From Candidatus Aenigmatarchaeota archaeon (GTDB lineage: Archaea > Aenigmatarchaeota > Aenigmatarchaeia > CG10238-14 > SpSt-28), in assembly GCA_032249395.1 (NCBI GenBank), contig JAVVFY010000003.1, forward strand, positions 28,329 through 92,328: 64,000 nucleotides of DNA, written 5' to 3'. The translations under genes and the position numbers were made by a program. Below, piece by piece: positions 15,301 to 18,300 of the stretch. Numbering within the stretch: the stretch's first letter is position 1; each line of letters opens with the position of its first letter. The notes under the pieces are model-generated. The model was given only the letters and a program-made list of their open reading frames with translations. It was not told the origin of the DNA and made no database searches.

Positions 15301-18300
15301 GAATATTGGCGGCCATGTTTTTCCCATATACAAGCTAACGTTTAGAACGTTTTCTGAATCACCTGAAGAAGCTTTTACCGAAAAGTTCCAATTTGGATAA
15401 CCCCAACCTTCAGATAGTGGATAAGCTTGTGGATTTTCCAATTTTTTGATTGGCAACAAGTAGAACAAGCCAGGATATAAAGCATTAACTGTTGAGTTGG
15501 GATAATGATAATCTTTACTTGCATACATTGTTGTGTTGTACCAGCCCATTGGAGTTAAAATATCAGTTTGCCAATCGCAAGTGTAAGCGTTAGCACCTAC
15601 TTGATATACTGGCAAACATTCAAAGCTTTGAGTTGATTTATTAGCAAAGAATCTCACGTTTGTTGTTAATGCATCTCCACAATCATCAGTAGTTGCTCCT
15701 AAAAAGCTTACTTTTTGTTCTTGTGTGAAGTTTGTCGTACCATCTGGCTTTTGGAAGTTTAAGATTATATCTCCTGTAACCAAGACTGAAAGATTGACAA
15801 AATTTTCTGTTGAATTATCAAAGTAACAAGCATGACCACTAACAACTGCCTTCCATTTCTGATATCCAACTTGATATTTTGGCGAGCATTTTGCTTGGAA
15901 GTAGTAATTAGCATAAGCTGATTCGTTTGTTGAATTAGTTGTTCCAGAATCGTAAATGTTTCCATCTAATGTTACGTAAAATGTTACTGGCAAGTTTGTT
16001 ATTAGAGTGTTATTCTTATCTCTAACCCTCAAAGCAAGCAAAGTTGTTGTTTTTCCTCTTCTCGTTTCTGTACCATTGCCAATAATATCTTCAAAGAATA
16101 TTGTGTCTTTTGTTATTGTGAATGTTGTTGAAGTTGAGTTTGTTGTTCCTGCATTGTTTGTAGCGTTAAACTTAACGAAAACTGGAGAACCTATATCGCT
16201 ACAATCGGCGTCAAACTCAAAAGTAAAGTTTATCCAATCTCCAGTATTTCCAGCACCTGGAGCAGGATAAACATCACAACCTACTAACCTCCAAGGCTCT
16301 GAACCAGTTTTGCTAAAGTATGAGCAAACTTGAACATCGTTTTCTGAATTTGTAACTCTAACGCTTACATTAAAAGTAAAGTTGAATCCCCAGCTTCCAG
16401 TGGAAGTTCCTGTTTCTTTTGAAATTACCAGTGGATTTTCCATTTCAATGGTTGCTGGTGGTAAGCCAACTAAAACATCATTGCAAGACATTACTTCAGT
16501 TGAATTTTCAGTTGAATTTGCTCTTATGCAAATTGTGTAAGTTCCTGCAGTATTTGCTGTAATGTTCCATTTTGCTTCTCTAATTCCGTTCAATTCTATA
16601 GTTCCAAGGTAATTGACGTCACTTAAATCACCAGTAGCATTTCTAATTTCTAAAACTCCTGGGCCAGTGTAATTTATTACAGCAATAACATTGCTTGCGT
16701 TTCCTGGGCCAAAGTTTGTTATTGTTGAGCTTGCATTGAAAGGCTGATTTAAAAATGGATTGTTAGGAGAGAAGCTTGGTTGACTAACTGTTAAACTTGC
16801 TCCACATGCAATGAAAATATCATATGGTTCGTCTAAGAATGTGAATGTTCCGTTTGTTGGAATTGCTTGAAATCTGAAAGTACCATTGGTCTGGAAAGTT
16901 ACATTAATTGTGTAATTGTAAATTTTAGTTCCGTCAAGTCTTCCGAAGGGTGAACCAAAATTTATTCCTCCGTCCCAATTGATTTTTCTTGCATCATCTA
17001 TTGTTGCTGTTGTTGGGAGGGATGACCAAGGATATTGAAATATTAAATCTTGCGGGTGCGTTACTGTAATGTTATATTTATTTTCTGTAATATTTGCATT
17101 TATCAATGGTAAGTTGCCTTTATTCCATGTTTGTAAAGATACATTGAAAATACCGCAACCTACAGTTGATGGAAAACCTGTTTTATAGCTTGTTGAAGTA
17201 TCATTGTAAAGTCTTTGTGTTTTGATCCATGGACCTTCTACAACTAAAGGTATAACATCATCAGTAAACAACCACATTGTTGGAGATTGAGCAGTGTAAG
17301 ATCTTCCTATAGTTCTAATAAATATATGTTTTCCTCCTGGAGTAATATGAGGTATATTGCTAACATCTAAATTGAAAGTAAGAGATACAAAACCATTATT
17401 TGATGGAACTGAAAACAATAAACCTCCTTTAAACCAAACGGTCCATCTTACAACCCATCCTTCATCGGGAGAACCATATGGATAGCCTGGTGCTGGTGGG
17501 ACACCAAGATCAGCTCCTGCTGAGCTTCTCCAAACAAAATTTTTCGGAGTTAAACCCGGTGGGAAATGTATTTCAACATCGTAGATATCGCTAAAAGTAC
17601 CAGCTCCACCCCCACTTCCAAAAAGTCTAATTTCTACGCCAACATTTGTAGAATTTGCAGGAATTTTAGTGATGTTTATTCCATATACAGTAGAACCTCC
17701 GGCTCTACCACTTCTTGCAGGGAAGAAAGCTAATTCCGGATCTGTTGTTATAGAGAAAGTTTGCCCAGTTACAGGATCATTCCATACAACTTGAGCTATA
17801 AATTCCTCTGGAAATGTATCTCCACTACCAGGATATCTAACTAAAAACCATTGGCATTGTGAAGTTGAAATATTGTAATTTAGCCATTTGACTTCTCCTT
17901 TTACAGGAGTTACGCTAGCTGCTGGTACTTGAAAATCTGATGCTGATAAAGTACGAGTAAAATCTGTTAGGTTATAAGTTATATTGTAGTCACCATAGTT
18001 ACATACCGTAATATTGCGCCAAACCGTACCGCTACCAGCTGATTGAGTTACTGCAGTTGCATAAGAAGGTGTTACTGTTGTTAAAGTTAGTGGAGAGGGT
18101 TTAATTCCTAAAGACTCTACTTGGAATATTTTATCATGAACGATTTCTGGTTTGTTTGGAGATTTTATTCTAATTCTTGCTATGTATTTTTTTGAAGCAT
18201 CCACATCATCAGGAATTTTTACATGCCAAACAGTATCATTAAACGACCAATTACCAATTTGTGATGGTGGCGTACTCTTTACAAATACGCTTCTGTCAGC

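Noticed and set aside
1-16450. A CRISPR array or satellite DNA as the explanation for the about 1-kb periodicity
   Set aside because: The period is far too long, and the copies are diverged at the nucleotide level while conserved at the protein-motif level. There are no short direct repeats with unique spacers anywhere in the window.
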